The notes: generated by a model not told the origin, from the letters alone. A DNA stretch of 64,000 bases from Vicinamibacteria bacterium (GCA_963578725.1 CAUZDS010000010.1:15686-79685), one strand, 5' to 3'. Shown: positions 47,596 to 57,280, counted from the first letter of the stretch. Numbers and translations: made by a program.

Positions 47596-48477
47596 TCACG
47601 GTTTCATCGCCAGGCAGAATGTACTCTGCCCGGCCCGCCGCGAGATCCGCGGTACATCCGCGCACGCCGTGACCACCTGACGTGTCTCGCACGACACGGT
47701 CTGGAATCCGTTACCGGCCAAGAGCGCGACCAGTTCCGCGCGGCTCCACGCGTTCTGGTGGTTGAACTGAATGCCGGTCTCGTTGGCAAGTACCCAGTCG
47801 CGGAGGAAACGCGAGACCTGACTGGGCGGGCGTGACCCGGGCAACCCCGCCAGGATGTCTTCGGCCACGGGCGGCGGTCCATGATACGCCCGCGGGTGGT
47901 GATGAAAGTCGCGCTTGAACGGATGGCCGTACTCGGCAGTCCAGAAACCACAGAACAGGAACGCCGCACGGTAGTCGAGCGAGTCCGTGATGCCACGGTT
48001 TTTCCACGTGTGCGCGACCTGCCCATAGCTCCAGTGCCGATCGGTGAAAAACGAAGGGTTCCGGCTGGCCCAACATTCGCGTGCGCGATCAAAATCTGGA
48101 ATGCAGATGATGAGCCGCCCGCCCGGACGCAGGACGCGGAAGGCCTGCGTCAAGACCCCCCCCACGGTGTTATCGTCGAGGTGCTCGAGGACGTGGGATG
48201 TGTACACGGTGTCGAGACTGTCATCGGGAAACGGCCAGACGCCGGACGGGCTGAGCCGGTAGGGCCGCCGATTGATCAGACTGCGGACTTCCTCCAGATT
48301 ATCCCAACCCGGATGCGCGAACCATGGGCCGCCGCCCACGTTCAAGCACCGCCGCCGGCGCCAGACATTCGACACCGCCACCGAGATGGCGCGCGTCCGC
48401 TCCAACGTCTGACCACCGAACGTGCGGATGGGCGGCGGAATGGCCCGGAATCGGCTCGAGCTAGGCATCGAGCTCAA
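47596..48477 (-). CDS. Class I SAM-dependent methyltransferase (Methyltransf_11/23-like)
   Basis: 293 aa. YTSHVLEHLDD and FRVLRPGGRLIICIPDFD. Contains the G8 tract. Confidence 0.8.
   Translation of the reverse strand: MSSMPSSSRFRAIPPPIRTFGGQTLERTRAISVAVSNVWRRRRCLNVGGGPWFAHPGWDNLEEVRSLINRRPYRLSPSGVWPFPDDSLDTVYTSHVLEHLDDNTVGGVLTQAFRVLRPGGRLIICIPDFDRARECWASRNPSFFTDRHWSYGQVAHTWKNRGITDSLDYRAAFLFCGFWTAEYGHPFKRDFHHHPRAYHGPPPVAEDILAGLPGSRPPSQVSRFLRDWVLANETGIQFNHQNAWSRAELVALLAGNGFQTVSCETRQVVTACADVPRISRRAGQSTFCLAMKP
48156..48163 (-). repeat. Homopolymeric G8 tract (C8 on + strand) inside the methyltransferase CDS
   Basis: Counted directly: c48156-c48163. Encodes V-G-G-V (gtg ggg ggg gtc). Confidence 0.95.
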
Positions 48478-49210
48478 CGATCGTGTCGGGGTCGGGACGC
48501 AGCCACGGGTATCGCGGATATTTCGCGTTCAGACCCGCTACGATCGGTGCCGCCTGACCGCCCAACGCCGAGCTGATCGTCAACTCGACGACGGTGCGCT
48601 CCTCGCTGGGAGCTGACGGCACCACGCCACGGTGAAGGAGCCGGCCGTTTCTGAACAAGAGCCAGGAACCGGGCGGTCCGTTCACCGCAAGGGTCTGGCC
48701 GGCTGGTGTGACGACTTCGGTCGTCCCGACCGTGGAGCCGACGGGCGACAGATACAGCAAGATCTTCATGAACGCATCGGGGAAGCCGTCGACATGCCAC
48801 TCGTTCGGCCCGACGGCCACGGCATCCGGCCGGGTCTTCCAGCACCGGGTGTTGACCACCTGCCACGGAGTCCCGAGGCAGGCGCGGACGGGTCGCTCGA
48901 TGAGGCTCAAGATCGGCGTCAGTGCGGCCCGCTGCTCGGCGTCGATACTGAGGAAGACGGTGCCCAGATTCAGCTTTTCCGCCTGTTTGTGCTCCCCGGA
49001 CAGGCCGTTTACGTATCCGTCGAGGCAGTCTCCAACGTCGAACAGCCGGGGCCTGGCGCGTCGGAACGCTGCGATGAGCCGTGTGCACTCGGCCTCGGGC
49101 ACGACCCCTTGCTTACAGCCGTCCCGCGCGAACTCCGCATCGCAAGGGCCCCTGTCTTCGGTCATGCGCGCCGCCGCGCGAGCCACACTCCAGTGCAGAT
49201 GCCACGACAC
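48461..49210 (-). CDS. Fe(II)/2-oxoglutarate-dependent oxygenase-like protein (PhyH-like)
   Basis: 249 aa. Candidate facial triad WHVDG ... LLHRG with a jelly-roll-like hydrophobic pattern. GTG start. Assignment is weak. Confidence 0.5.
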   Translation of the reverse strand: MSWHLHWSVARAAARMTEDRGPCDAEFARDGCKQGVVPEAECTRLIAAFRRARPRLFDVGDCLDGYVNGLSGEHKQAEKLNLGTVFLSIDAEQRAALTPILSLIERPVRACLGTPWQVVNTRCWKTRPDAVAVGPNEWHVDGFPDAFMKILLYLSPVGSTVGTTEVVTPAGQTLAVNGPPGSWLLFRNGRLLHRGVVPSAPSEERTVVELTISSALGGQAAPIVAGLNAKYPRYPWLRPDPDTIVELDA

Positions 49211-49403
49211 GTAACTCGCCGTGCGGTGCGGATGCGCCAGCGCGCTGACAAGGTCTCGAACGTGAATGCTGTGCCTCCTCTGTGGTCAGACGCCACCTGC
49301 CGCCCGAGCCGCCGGGCACACATGCGACGTATGAAAAGGTACCACGATTATGCCAAGGGGCTGGCGTCCGAGCAACGTCCCGTGGGCGCGCACCGTTTGG
49401 CCC

Positions 49404-50450
49404 CTATGGCAGGCTCGTGATGTCGAATCGGGTCGAGTCGAGGATTTGCCAGCCACCGGGATTCAGCTGCTTGAACAGCAGGTGCGCCATCTCGAAGTGG
49501 CCGTCGTTGTACGCGCCGGAATAGAAGGAATAGTTTGGGCGCCCAACGAACGCCGACAGCATCGAGAATCCACCCAGCGTGGTCACCGAGTACTTCGCCC
49601 GTCGGAGCAGTGCGGTCTGGACGCGCAGATTGTCGACCGTTGGCATTGTCCGGCAGTCGACGACCCATCTGTTGCCTTCCATCAAGGGAGACTCGTGATT
49701 GTCGACCGGTGAAGCCAACTGTAGTAACAAGACGGTGTAGCGCTTTGAGAGAACGTCGACCAACCGGCGGACGAAGTCGGTGTTCTTCTGCTCTGAGGCG
49801 AAGTTCCAATAGTTGAATTGAAACTTGACGGCGACACATTCACGTGAACCATCCAGCGTGATGCCGGCGGCCTCCAGGTCGAGCGGTTCGTCGACGAAGG
49901 ATCGGAATGCCAGGTGCGCTGCCTCCAGCTCTGCCGGAAGGTGAGCCTTCCAGATCGGCATGAGCAGGATGTTCATGATCATCGGATGGAGCACGTGATA
50001 CTGCCGCAGGCCAAAATAAGTGACTGCTCGCCGAAGCAACCACCGGTCGATATTGTCGACGACCAGCCGTTTCTCCAGCTTCCCCCTCCGGTGCTCGCCG
50101 ATCTTGCGCCTGAAGTCATCGGGCGCGAGAGCCCAAAACGCGTTGTAGTACCGGTCCGTGATGTTTCCATACCATGATGCGTTGCCGCCTCGCGAGATCA
50201 CGTAGGTCCGCTCGCGCGGGAGACAACCCTTGATTCGGAGATTTTCCAGAAAAGGAATCCAATAGAGCAGCTCGTGACCAACCTCCGACGTCCAGGGGCC
50301 GATGACGATCGGTCGGTCTGATTGCCTGAGCCGCGCGAGATATGCAGGAAGCGCTGTATTGCAGGTCCAGTGAAACAGTCGAAAGGCCGAGGGCGGCAGA
50401 CGCCCACCCAGAAGCTTCCCGGCTCGGACGATGGCGTGTGGTAAGGACAA
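49404..50450 (-). CDS. Uncharacterised protein (348 aa), candidate novel glycosyltransferase
   Basis: Operon-consistent ORF. PIVIGPWTSEVGHELLYWIPFL near the N-terminus. No family recognised. Confidence 0.6.
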   Translation of the reverse strand: MSLPHAIVRAGKLLGGRLPPSAFRLFHWTCNTALPAYLARLRQSDRPIVIGPWTSEVGHELLYWIPFLENLRIKGCLPRERTYVISRGGNASWYGNITDRYYNAFWALAPDDFRRKIGEHRRGKLEKRLVVDNIDRWLLRRAVTYFGLRQYHVLHPMIMNILLMPIWKAHLPAELEAAHLAFRSFVDEPLDLEAAGITLDGSRECVAVKFQFNYWNFASEQKNTDFVRRLVDVLSKRYTVLLLQLASPVDNHESPLMEGNRWVVDCRTMPTVDNLRVQTALLRRAKYSVTTLGGFSMLSAFVGRPNYSFYSGAYNDGHFEMAHLLFKQLNPGGWQILDSTRFDITSLP

Positions 50451-50515
50451 CGGTTCGCGAGCTGAAGACTATGCGACGGAGCAGGTGGTCCGATTCCCCC
50501 GGGTGATGGTGTCGG

Positions 50516-51334
50516 CTAGCCGACGCCATCCGACGGAACGACACTCGGGTTCATCCAGCCCCTGGCCCAGTAATAGACCAGTCCCACGTAGTCATGGATT
50601 GCCTGCTCCGAAACATGCAGCGCGGTTACGGACGGCAGGTATTGCGCTCGAAACGTGGTGGGCGCGACCGGATTTGCCGCTGGCGCCGGCACGGGGTCCA
50701 CTCCCTGCGCGCGGAATGCCTGCACGGCGCGCCGGATATGCGGCGCGGATGTCACCACGACGGTGCCGGTCACGTGTCGCCCTAGGAGCCAGGTTGCGAC
50801 GTGTACCGCGCTCTCGTGGGTATCATTTGAATCGGAGTCGAGCACGATGCGATGCGGCGGCACACCCGCTCGGATCAGCGCCTCCTTGAGCGCTTCGCCT
50901 TCACGGATCATGTTCGGCGGTAGGTCATAGCCACCGGCGGTTACGACTACCCAGGGCCTCGTATCAACACTCCGGTATACCCGCGCCGCCTCCAGGGCTC
51001 TCAGCGCGCTCGTGCGGGAGACCACCGCGACCTCTCTTCCCCCGGCACGATACCGGACCGTTCCGCCGTCCAGCACGACGATCGCGTTGACGACGCCAGA
51101 CTCCGGGGACCACGGATGCATGCCCAGTGTCAAGCCCCGCGTCAACAGCGCTCCACCGACCGGCACACTCAAGAACCAGTAGCTCCCGATCAAGAACACT
51201 AGCCAGCGCCGTGCCCAGTGCTGGCACCGACCCGCACGGAACAGCAGGGCGGTGCCGATCGCCACTCCGATGAACAGAAACTCGAGTCCACCCGGAACGA
51301 GCGCCGCCGTCAAAAAGGCGGTCAGGAGATCCAT
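50516..51334 (-). CDS. YdcF/DUF218 (ElyC/SanA-like) family protein
   Basis: 272 aa. N-terminal TMs, then AIVVLDGG and VLDSDSNDTHESA, typical of DUF218. Confidence 0.75.
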   Translation of the reverse strand: MDLLTAFLTAALVPGGLEFLFIGVAIGTALLFRAGRCQHWARRWLVFLIGSYWFLSVPVGGALLTRGLTLGMHPWSPESGVVNAIVVLDGGTVRYRAGGREVAVVSRTSALRALEAARVYRSVDTRPWVVVTAGGYDLPPNMIREGEALKEALIRAGVPPHRIVLDSDSNDTHESAVHVATWLLGRHVTGTVVVTSAPHIRRAVQAFRAQGVDPVPAPAANPVAPTTFRAQYLPSVTALHVSEQAIHDYVGLVYYWARGWMNPSVVPSDGVG

Positions 51335-51403
51335 GTTCGCTGCGGGTACGAACGCGGCTGGAGGAGCCTCATCGACATCGAACGGGTCGCCGTTGGCAGG
51401 TGC

Positions 51404-52270
51404 CTAAGAGGATGCGCCGTTCGGCTCGAGAGTTGGATCGTGGCCGGACAGCGCTTGGGCTCGCTGCGAGACGCCAAAAACTTCTCCGAGGCCCAGTCCT
51501 CCGTCGATGACGAGGACCTGACCGGTGATGTACGCCGATTCCTCGGAACTGAGAAAGATCGCCGCGCGAGCGACGTCGGCGGCCCGGCCGGCGCGACCCA
51601 GCGGCACGACCGACTCGACCACCGCACGCGTGGCTGAATCGTCAGTCAGACGATGCCCGGCATCGCGGTCGATCAATCCGGGAGCGAGCGCGTTCACGCG
51701 GACGCCGTGCGGACCCAGCCGTACCGCCAGCCAGCGGGTCAGGTGATTCAGGCCCGCCTTAGAAACATGGTACGGCCACGAGCACTGATCCAGGGCCACC
51801 GCGGAGCCCACGACGGATGAGATGTTAACGACCGCGCCCCGCTTGTGCGCCGCCAGATGGGGCAGCGCGGCGTCGGTCAGATTGACCACCGCTTGCAGCA
51901 CGACCTGTTCGTGCACCGCCCAATCTGCCCCACCGACCTTGCCGATCATCGAGCGATCACGGTGTGGCGCCGCGTTATTGATCAGGATATCGAGGCGCTC
52001 GAAGGTGCTAACCGTCCGAGCGACGGCCGATTGACAGCCATCGACTGTCGCGATATCGGCGCGGATGAAGGCGGCGCGGAACCCGCTCGATGTCAGGTGC
52101 TGGGCCAGCTGGCGGCCTTTCTCGACCTGGACGTCGACGATCGCCACCGCTGCGCCGGCATCAGCAAGTCCTTCGCAGATGCCGGCTCCGATCCCCTGGG
52201 CGCCGCCCGTGACGAGCGCGACCCGAGCGTCCAACGGGGCGCGAGAGTCCGCAGAGCGCGCTGGCGTCAT
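51404..52270 (-). CDS. SDR-family oxidoreductase
   Basis: VALVTGGAQGIG cofactor motif and catalytic YHVSK. Confidence 0.9.
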   Translation of the reverse strand: MTPARSADSRAPLDARVALVTGGAQGIGAGICEGLADAGAAVAIVDVQVEKGRQLAQHLTSSGFRAAFIRADIATVDGCQSAVARTVSTFERLDILINNAAPHRDRSMIGKVGGADWAVHEQVVLQAVVNLTDAALPHLAAHKRGAVVNISSVVGSAVALDQCSWPYHVSKAGLNHLTRWLAVRLGPHGVRVNALAPGLIDRDAGHRLTDDSATRAVVESVVPLGRAGRAADVARAAIFLSSEESAYITGQVLVIDGGLGLGEVFGVSQRAQALSGHDPTLEPNGASS

Positions 52271-52271
52271 G

Positions 52272-53006
52272 TCACGTCACCGGTGGACGAGCCGGTCGAA
52301 TCTCAACCCAGTTGATCGCCGCCCGGAAGTCAGCATCGAGCACATGCAGGACGGCCTTGGCGACATCGTCGGCATCGAGGTGCCAGTCCTGTGGCGCAAC
52401 TCCGGCAAGGCCGGTCGCAACCGTCCCTGGAGCCACGAGGCTGACCCGGATGCCGCGGGGATGGAGGTCCAGGAACAGGGCCTCCGTGAATCCTTGCAGT
52501 CCGAACTTCGTCGTGTTGTATCCGACGCCTCCCCGAAAGGCGTACCGGCCGGCACGGCTCCCGAGGTTGACGATGTCCGCCTGTCCGGCGGCGGTGAGCA
52601 GCGGCAGCGTGGCACGGCAGCAGTTGAAGACGCCAGTCAAATTCGTGTCGATCATGTTCTGCCAGGCTTCCGGTGTGAGCCCGTCGATTGGCGCAATCGT
52701 GCCGACACCCGCGGCATTGATCAGCGCGTCGACACGTTCGAACCGGTCACCGGCGGCGTCGACCATTGCTTCGACACTCGAGGCATCGCGCACGTCGCAC
52801 ACCATGCCAGCGAGGCGGTCGCGCCCATGCGATGCGAGGCTGCTTAGGGCGTCAGCAAGGCGCCGGCTGTCGCGTGCACAGACAAATGCGGCATCGCCGC
52901 GCTGCAGCAGGGCCCTCGCAACGGCCAGGCCAATGCCGGCGGTACCACCCGTCACAATTGCGGTGCGCACTTGTCGACGATCCAGAGCGCTTCGATCACT
53001 GAACAA
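52272..53006 (-). CDS. SDR-family oxidoreductase
   Basis: AIVTGGTAGIG cofactor motif and catalytic YNTTK. Confidence 0.9.
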   Translation of the reverse strand: MFSDRSALDRRQVRTAIVTGGTAGIGLAVARALLQRGDAAFVCARDSRRLADALSSLASHGRDRLAGMVCDVRDASSVEAMVDAAGDRFERVDALINAAGVGTIAPIDGLTPEAWQNMIDTNLTGVFNCCRATLPLLTAAGQADIVNLGSRAGRYAFRGGVGYNTTKFGLQGFTEALFLDLHPRGIRVSLVAPGTVATGLAGVAPQDWHLDADDVAKAVLHVLDADFRAAINWVEIRPARPPVT

Positions 53007-55017
53007 GCTGTGCCCGACGGAAGACTCTGTGCAAGTGGGGATATCGCATCAGCATCTTGCCCAGCCCATCGTGGGAGCTGCCGAATTCCTGCACGTACCC
53101 GGCAAGTTGCTCCCGTTGCGCTGGCAGGTGCGTCACGACATACGCCCTGGACTCTGGCGTCCGCACATCGTCGGGGAGCATCTCGAACCGCTCCGCCTCT
53201 AGCTTCTGTAGATCGAATTCAAAGTCGTCGACAAATTCCGCCTCGTATTGAGTCAGGTTCGTTTTCCGCATTTCGCTGAAGCGGCGACAGTCATCCAGAT
53301 ACAGCATGGTGAGGTCGTCGAGTCGGCTCTGCTCATCGAGCCACCTGGCCAGCTCGTCGAAGAGCGCCCGGTTGATCTTTTCAAAGAGCTGGAAGAACGC
53401 GGTGGCTTTAGCCATGGACATTTCGTTGGTGCCACGGTCGTCGTGCAGCAGACCGTCGATGTCCCGTGCCACGTTCTCCTCAAGTTCCCGCCGTGTGTCC
53501 CACAGCCGCACCGAATGACTTGCCTTGAAGTCGTCGTAGAGCTGTCGAACCTCGTCGCCACATGTTCGGCGCTTCTGAAAGAACCGCATGATGAAGTCGA
53601 ACCATGACAGGTCGTAGGCATGGCACAAACCTTGAAGCTCGGCGTAGACCTTGCCGTTGTGGACGATCTCGACGGTGAGGTCCATCTCTCGGCAGGTCAC
53701 GTAATCGTCGAAGGGCATCGTCGAACTCTCGACCAGGATCTCTTCAGATTCCACCGCGACAAACTCGCGCCCTGCGACTTTATACCGGCCAAAAGACCGT
53801 GGCATGATCCGGTGCATCGACCGCATCTTGAATTGTCGCCGCTGGTCCGGCGTGTTCAGCGCAGTCTGCGGCAGCATGATCAACTGGTACATGCGGATGT
53901 TGTCGAAGTTGGCGTCCACCGTGTCACGCAACGATTGCGTGTGGGTGTCGAGGGAATCACCGGGCAGGCCGAGGATGAGCTCGCTGTACGTCCCGGTGTC
54001 CACCTTGTTCGCAAGCAGCCCAACGTCCGCCAGTTTATCGAGAGAAATGTTCGAACGGGAGATGTTCTTGAGCACCTGCGGGTCCGTAGATTGAAGCGAC
54101 GCGGCCATGTTGAGCGCGCCGTCCAGCATCTTCGCGATGTCGACTACGCGTTCTTTCTGGTTCTTGCCTGTCGAGACGTGGATGTATCGTGGGAAGTCGA
54201 ATTTCTGCTGGCACTCCGCGATCAGCCTCGCCTTCTCATAATCCTGTTTGAACATCCCGAAGTTCGCGTCAGTGATGAACAGATCGCGCGGGCCGCGTAC
54301 GCGGCGTGAGATGTAGTCGAGCTCTTCTTCCAGGCCGTCGCGACGCTGCCCGACGATGTTGTAGTACGAGGCCCCTTCGGTGCAGAAAGCGCATCGGAAG
54401 GGGCACCCACGCGTGGTGTGGATCATGGGACACAGATGCCGGTCGAAGAACTTGTCCATCAGGCCCATGAGGTACGGAGATGGAAGTGCCGCCAGCTCGA
54501 GCCTCGGTAGTGTCGGGCCGGTCACGATACGGTCGCCACTGGCGTAGTGGCAATTCGGCAGCGCCTCACCGACGCTCTTCAGCGCCCGCGGCTCCATCCG
54601 GTGTCTTTTCAGTGCGTCGAAGAGATGGACGAACGCCTGCTCGCCTTCTTGTACGACATGGAAATCGAGGAGCGGATAGTCACGCCAGAACTGCCCAACT
54701 TCCTCTTCGGTTAGCCCGTAATTCGGGCCACCGAACACGACGGCCGTGTCCGGCCAGATGGACTTGATGACTTTGGCATAGTTATAGCTGATGTTCACGT
54801 TCCACGAGTAGTTTGCAAACCCGACGATGTCGGGACGCCGGGCATCGAGAGCGGCGCTGAGATCCTCGGGGTACTTGAACAACTCGATCTCCGTCTCGTC
54901 GGGTCGACTCTGGAGCAGATAGCCGGCAACCAGCCCGATCGACAAGGGAAAGACGTTTGAGGACAGGATGAGCCCCCGATGCGTGAGATCGGCCAGGTAT
55001 ATCAGGGTCTTGCGCAT
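52996..55017 (-). CDS. B12-binding-domain radical SAM enzyme (class B, methylase-like)
   Basis: 673 aa. N-terminal Rossmann-like B12-binding region (IVGFANYSWN...VVFGGPN), a CxxxCxxC cluster in TTRGCPFRCAFCTEG, and a long C-terminal extension. Confidence 0.85.
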   Translation of the reverse strand: MRKTLIYLADLTHRGLILSSNVFPLSIGLVAGYLLQSRPDETEIELFKYPEDLSAALDARRPDIVGFANYSWNVNISYNYAKVIKSIWPDTAVVFGGPNYGLTEEEVGQFWRDYPLLDFHVVQEGEQAFVHLFDALKRHRMEPRALKSVGEALPNCHYASGDRIVTGPTLPRLELAALPSPYLMGLMDKFFDRHLCPMIHTTRGCPFRCAFCTEGASYYNIVGQRRDGLEEELDYISRRVRGPRDLFITDANFGMFKQDYEKARLIAECQQKFDFPRYIHVSTGKNQKERVVDIAKMLDGALNMAASLQSTDPQVLKNISRSNISLDKLADVGLLANKVDTGTYSELILGLPGDSLDTHTQSLRDTVDANFDNIRMYQLIMLPQTALNTPDQRRQFKMRSMHRIMPRSFGRYKVAGREFVAVESEEILVESSTMPFDDYVTCREMDLTVEIVHNGKVYAELQGLCHAYDLSWFDFIMRFFQKRRTCGDEVRQLYDDFKASHSVRLWDTRRELEENVARDIDGLLHDDRGTNEMSMAKATAFFQLFEKINRALFDELARWLDEQSRLDDLTMLYLDDCRRFSEMRKTNLTQYEAEFVDDFEFDLQKLEAERFEMLPDDVRTPESRAYVVTHLPAQREQLAGYVQEFGSSHDGLGKMLMRYPHLHRVFRRAQLVQ

Positions 55018-55772
55018 GGTTCTTTTGAGTGTGCGGCGGACTGCGGATTAGAAGGGTCGCTCGAGCGACGCTGCGAGAAGGAGACCTCCGATCGGGCCGC
55101 ATGCAGGCTGGCTGGCGTCCCAATGTCGATGTGGGTGCCGTGATTGCGCCAGGCGAAGACCCGGCCCAGGAAGCGCGGTACCACCTCCGTGATGAAGTCG
55201 ATACGGTGGGTCCCCAAGGTCGCCATGAAGTCTACAACCTCGGGCTCCACGATATACACCGCTCCGTTGGCCAGGTTCCCCGGCGGGTCGGCAACCTTTT
55301 CGTGCAGTTCGACCACGACCCCGCGCTCGTCGAGCCGCACGATGCCACAGGAGCCGGGCGTGTTGGTCACAAACGTCATCACCGTCATCACGGTGCCGGC
55401 GGGCCGGGCCTTGTGTGCACGCACGAACGATCGAATATCGCAGACGCACAGATTGTCCGCGTGCACAAGTAGCACCGGCTCTCTCCCGATGAACTCACGG
55501 TTCACGAGCAGCGTGCCGCCGGTTCCAAGCAACTCAGGTTCATGGATGAGCGTCACCTCGGATCCATGAGGGCTTCGGCAGACGTGCCGCCTCACCTCGT
55601 CTGCCAGGTGATGGGTGTTCACCAGGAACGGTCCTAGCCCGGCTGACGACAACTGTTCCAGCCAGATGTCGAGCAATGGGCGACCCTTGATCGGCACGAG
55701 ACACTTTGGCACGGTGTCGGTCAGTGGGCGAAGCCGCGTGCCCAGTCCAGCCGCGAGGATGATCGCCTTCAT
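55002..55772 (-). CDS. Sugar-1-phosphate nucleotidyltransferase (HddC/ManC-N-like; candidate heptose-1-P guanylyltransferase)
   Basis: MKAIILAAGLGTRLRPLTDTVPKCLVPI from ATG 55772, which abuts the upstream stop at 55769-55771. About 256 aa. Confidence 0.85.
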   Translation of the reverse strand: MKAIILAAGLGTRLRPLTDTVPKCLVPIKGRPLLDIWLEQLSSAGLGPFLVNTHHLADEVRRHVCRSPHGSEVTLIHEPELLGTGGTLLVNREFIGREPVLLVHADNLCVCDIRSFVRAHKARPAGTVMTVMTFVTNTPGSCGIVRLDERGVVVELHEKVADPPGNLANGAVYIVEPEVVDFMATLGTHRIDFITEVVPRFLGRVFAWRNHGTHIDIGTPASLHAARSEVSFSQRRSSDPSNPQSAAHSKEPCARP

Positions 55773-57256
55773 GCCGTCCCGGCGAATGCGGACAGCAACT
55801 CTTCCGTCCGGATAGGCACGTTGCCGAGGCGACTGACCTGACACGCGGCCGCCGTCGATCCGACGTATGCTGCTTGCCATACCGTCGCGCCGCGCGCCAT
55901 CGCGAGTGAGCTAGCCGCCAACATCGAGTCGCCGGCACCCGCCGAGTCTCGGCTGCCGGTTGCGAAGGCTGGCAGTCGATCGGTCAGCCACCTGTCGTCA
56001 CGCATCACGGCCGCGTGAACAAGGACGCCTTCAGCGCCGAGCTTCAGCATCAGATTCTGTGCCTTGGCCTGCCGGCGTAGCGCCTCGGCGAGCACGACCA
56101 GCCCATCTTCGTGATTATGCGTGCTGATTCGAGCTTCACGCTCGGTGGGTGTCAGAAGCGCCATGCCCTGGAATCTCGCCACATCACCGATCTGCGATGA
56201 ACATTGGCTGTCGGCAATCATCAGGAGACCGCGCTCGCTACCTAGCTTCGTCACAAGGTCTACGAGCGGTTGTGGCAAGCATCCGTAGTTGTAGTCGGAG
56301 AACACCAGCAGGTCCGCCTGCTCGAGCAGCGGTCGGAGTATGCTGACGAGCGCCGCCTGCAGGTCGGCGCTGAGTCCGTGTTGCCGCAGGTAGCTGACGC
56401 GCAGCAGCGTCTTGCCCTGCGCGCGATACCGCCGCTTGATCGTGGTGGGCCGACTGTCGTCTTCCACTAGGTGAGCACGGACATGGTATTCCCGCAGACG
56501 CTCCTCGGCGATTCTCCCGGCGTCATCGCGGCCGGCCACCGCGAGATAGTCGACTTCGGCTCCCAGGCTGGCGGCGTGAGCGGCCACGATCCCGGCTCCG
56601 CCGATGAAAGACTGCTGAAGAACAGGTGTAACCACGATCGAAGGATCTTCTTGCGACATGCCGACGGGATCGCAATCGACGTATTCGTCGATGATGAGAT
56701 CGCCAATCACGACCATTCGCACACCCTGGAACCGATGGACGAGGTCGCGGAGCTCACCTACCGAGAAGCCGTGCCGCGCCGCGAAATCGGGTGGCAGGAC
56801 GACTGACGCGGAGCTCGCGGTCTGCATCTCGTGGCGGAGCAAGTCGACGGAGGAGAACACGGTCTCTCCCGATCCGAACAAGAGGTGTCCGCCATGGGCA
56901 CTGACCGACTCCTGCTCGGGGTTGTATTTGGTTTCGTGCTCCTTGCCCTTCACCACGAAGTGTGGCTTCAGGACGCGGATGAATTCTCCGACCGGCCGAC
57001 ATAGGATGAAAGCGTAGTCGACCCAACTGTTCGCCTGGGCGCCCTCGAGACGCAGCGTCTCGCTGAGTAGCGCGGCGCTGCCAGCCGTCGCGTCATCCAG
57101 CACGCCGACGACGAGAAAGTTACCGCACTCCTTGGCGAAACGCAGGAGACGCAAGTGCCCAGGATGGAGAATATTGAAATTCCCAGACACGAAGACGACG
57201 TGCGCATCGTCCGGGGCGACCTCGCGAATGTCAGCCAGTATCCGTTCAAATGGCAC
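55769..57256 (-). CDS. Bifunctional heptose-7-P kinase / heptose-1-P adenylyltransferase with reversed domain order (cytidylyltransferase-like domain N-terminal, PfkB kinase C-terminal)
   Basis: N-terminus VVFVSGNFNILHPGHLRLLRFAKECG...VVKGKE (HxGH nucleotidyltransferase, RfaE domain II type). C-terminal ~330 aa MVVIGDLIIDEYV...GGAGIVAAHAASLGA...DSAGAGDS (RfaE domain I / PfkB). Confidence 0.8.
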   Translation of the reverse strand: MPFERILADIREVAPDDAHVVFVSGNFNILHPGHLRLLRFAKECGNFLVVGVLDDATAGSAALLSETLRLEGAQANSWVDYAFILCRPVGEFIRVLKPHFVVKGKEHETKYNPEQESVSAHGGHLLFGSGETVFSSVDLLRHEMQTASSASVVLPPDFAARHGFSVGELRDLVHRFQGVRMVVIGDLIIDEYVDCDPVGMSQEDPSIVVTPVLQQSFIGGAGIVAAHAASLGAEVDYLAVAGRDDAGRIAEERLREYHVRAHLVEDDSRPTTIKRRYRAQGKTLLRVSYLRQHGLSADLQAALVSILRPLLEQADLLVFSDYNYGCLPQPLVDLVTKLGSERGLLMIADSQCSSQIGDVARFQGMALLTPTEREARISTHNHEDGLVVLAEALRRQAKAQNLMLKLGAEGVLVHAAVMRDDRWLTDRLPAFATGSRDSAGAGDSMLAASSLAMARGATVWQAAYVGSTAAACQVSRLGNVPIRTEELLSAFAGTA

Positions 57257-57280
57257 TAAGAACTACACGCCTCCTATCAT

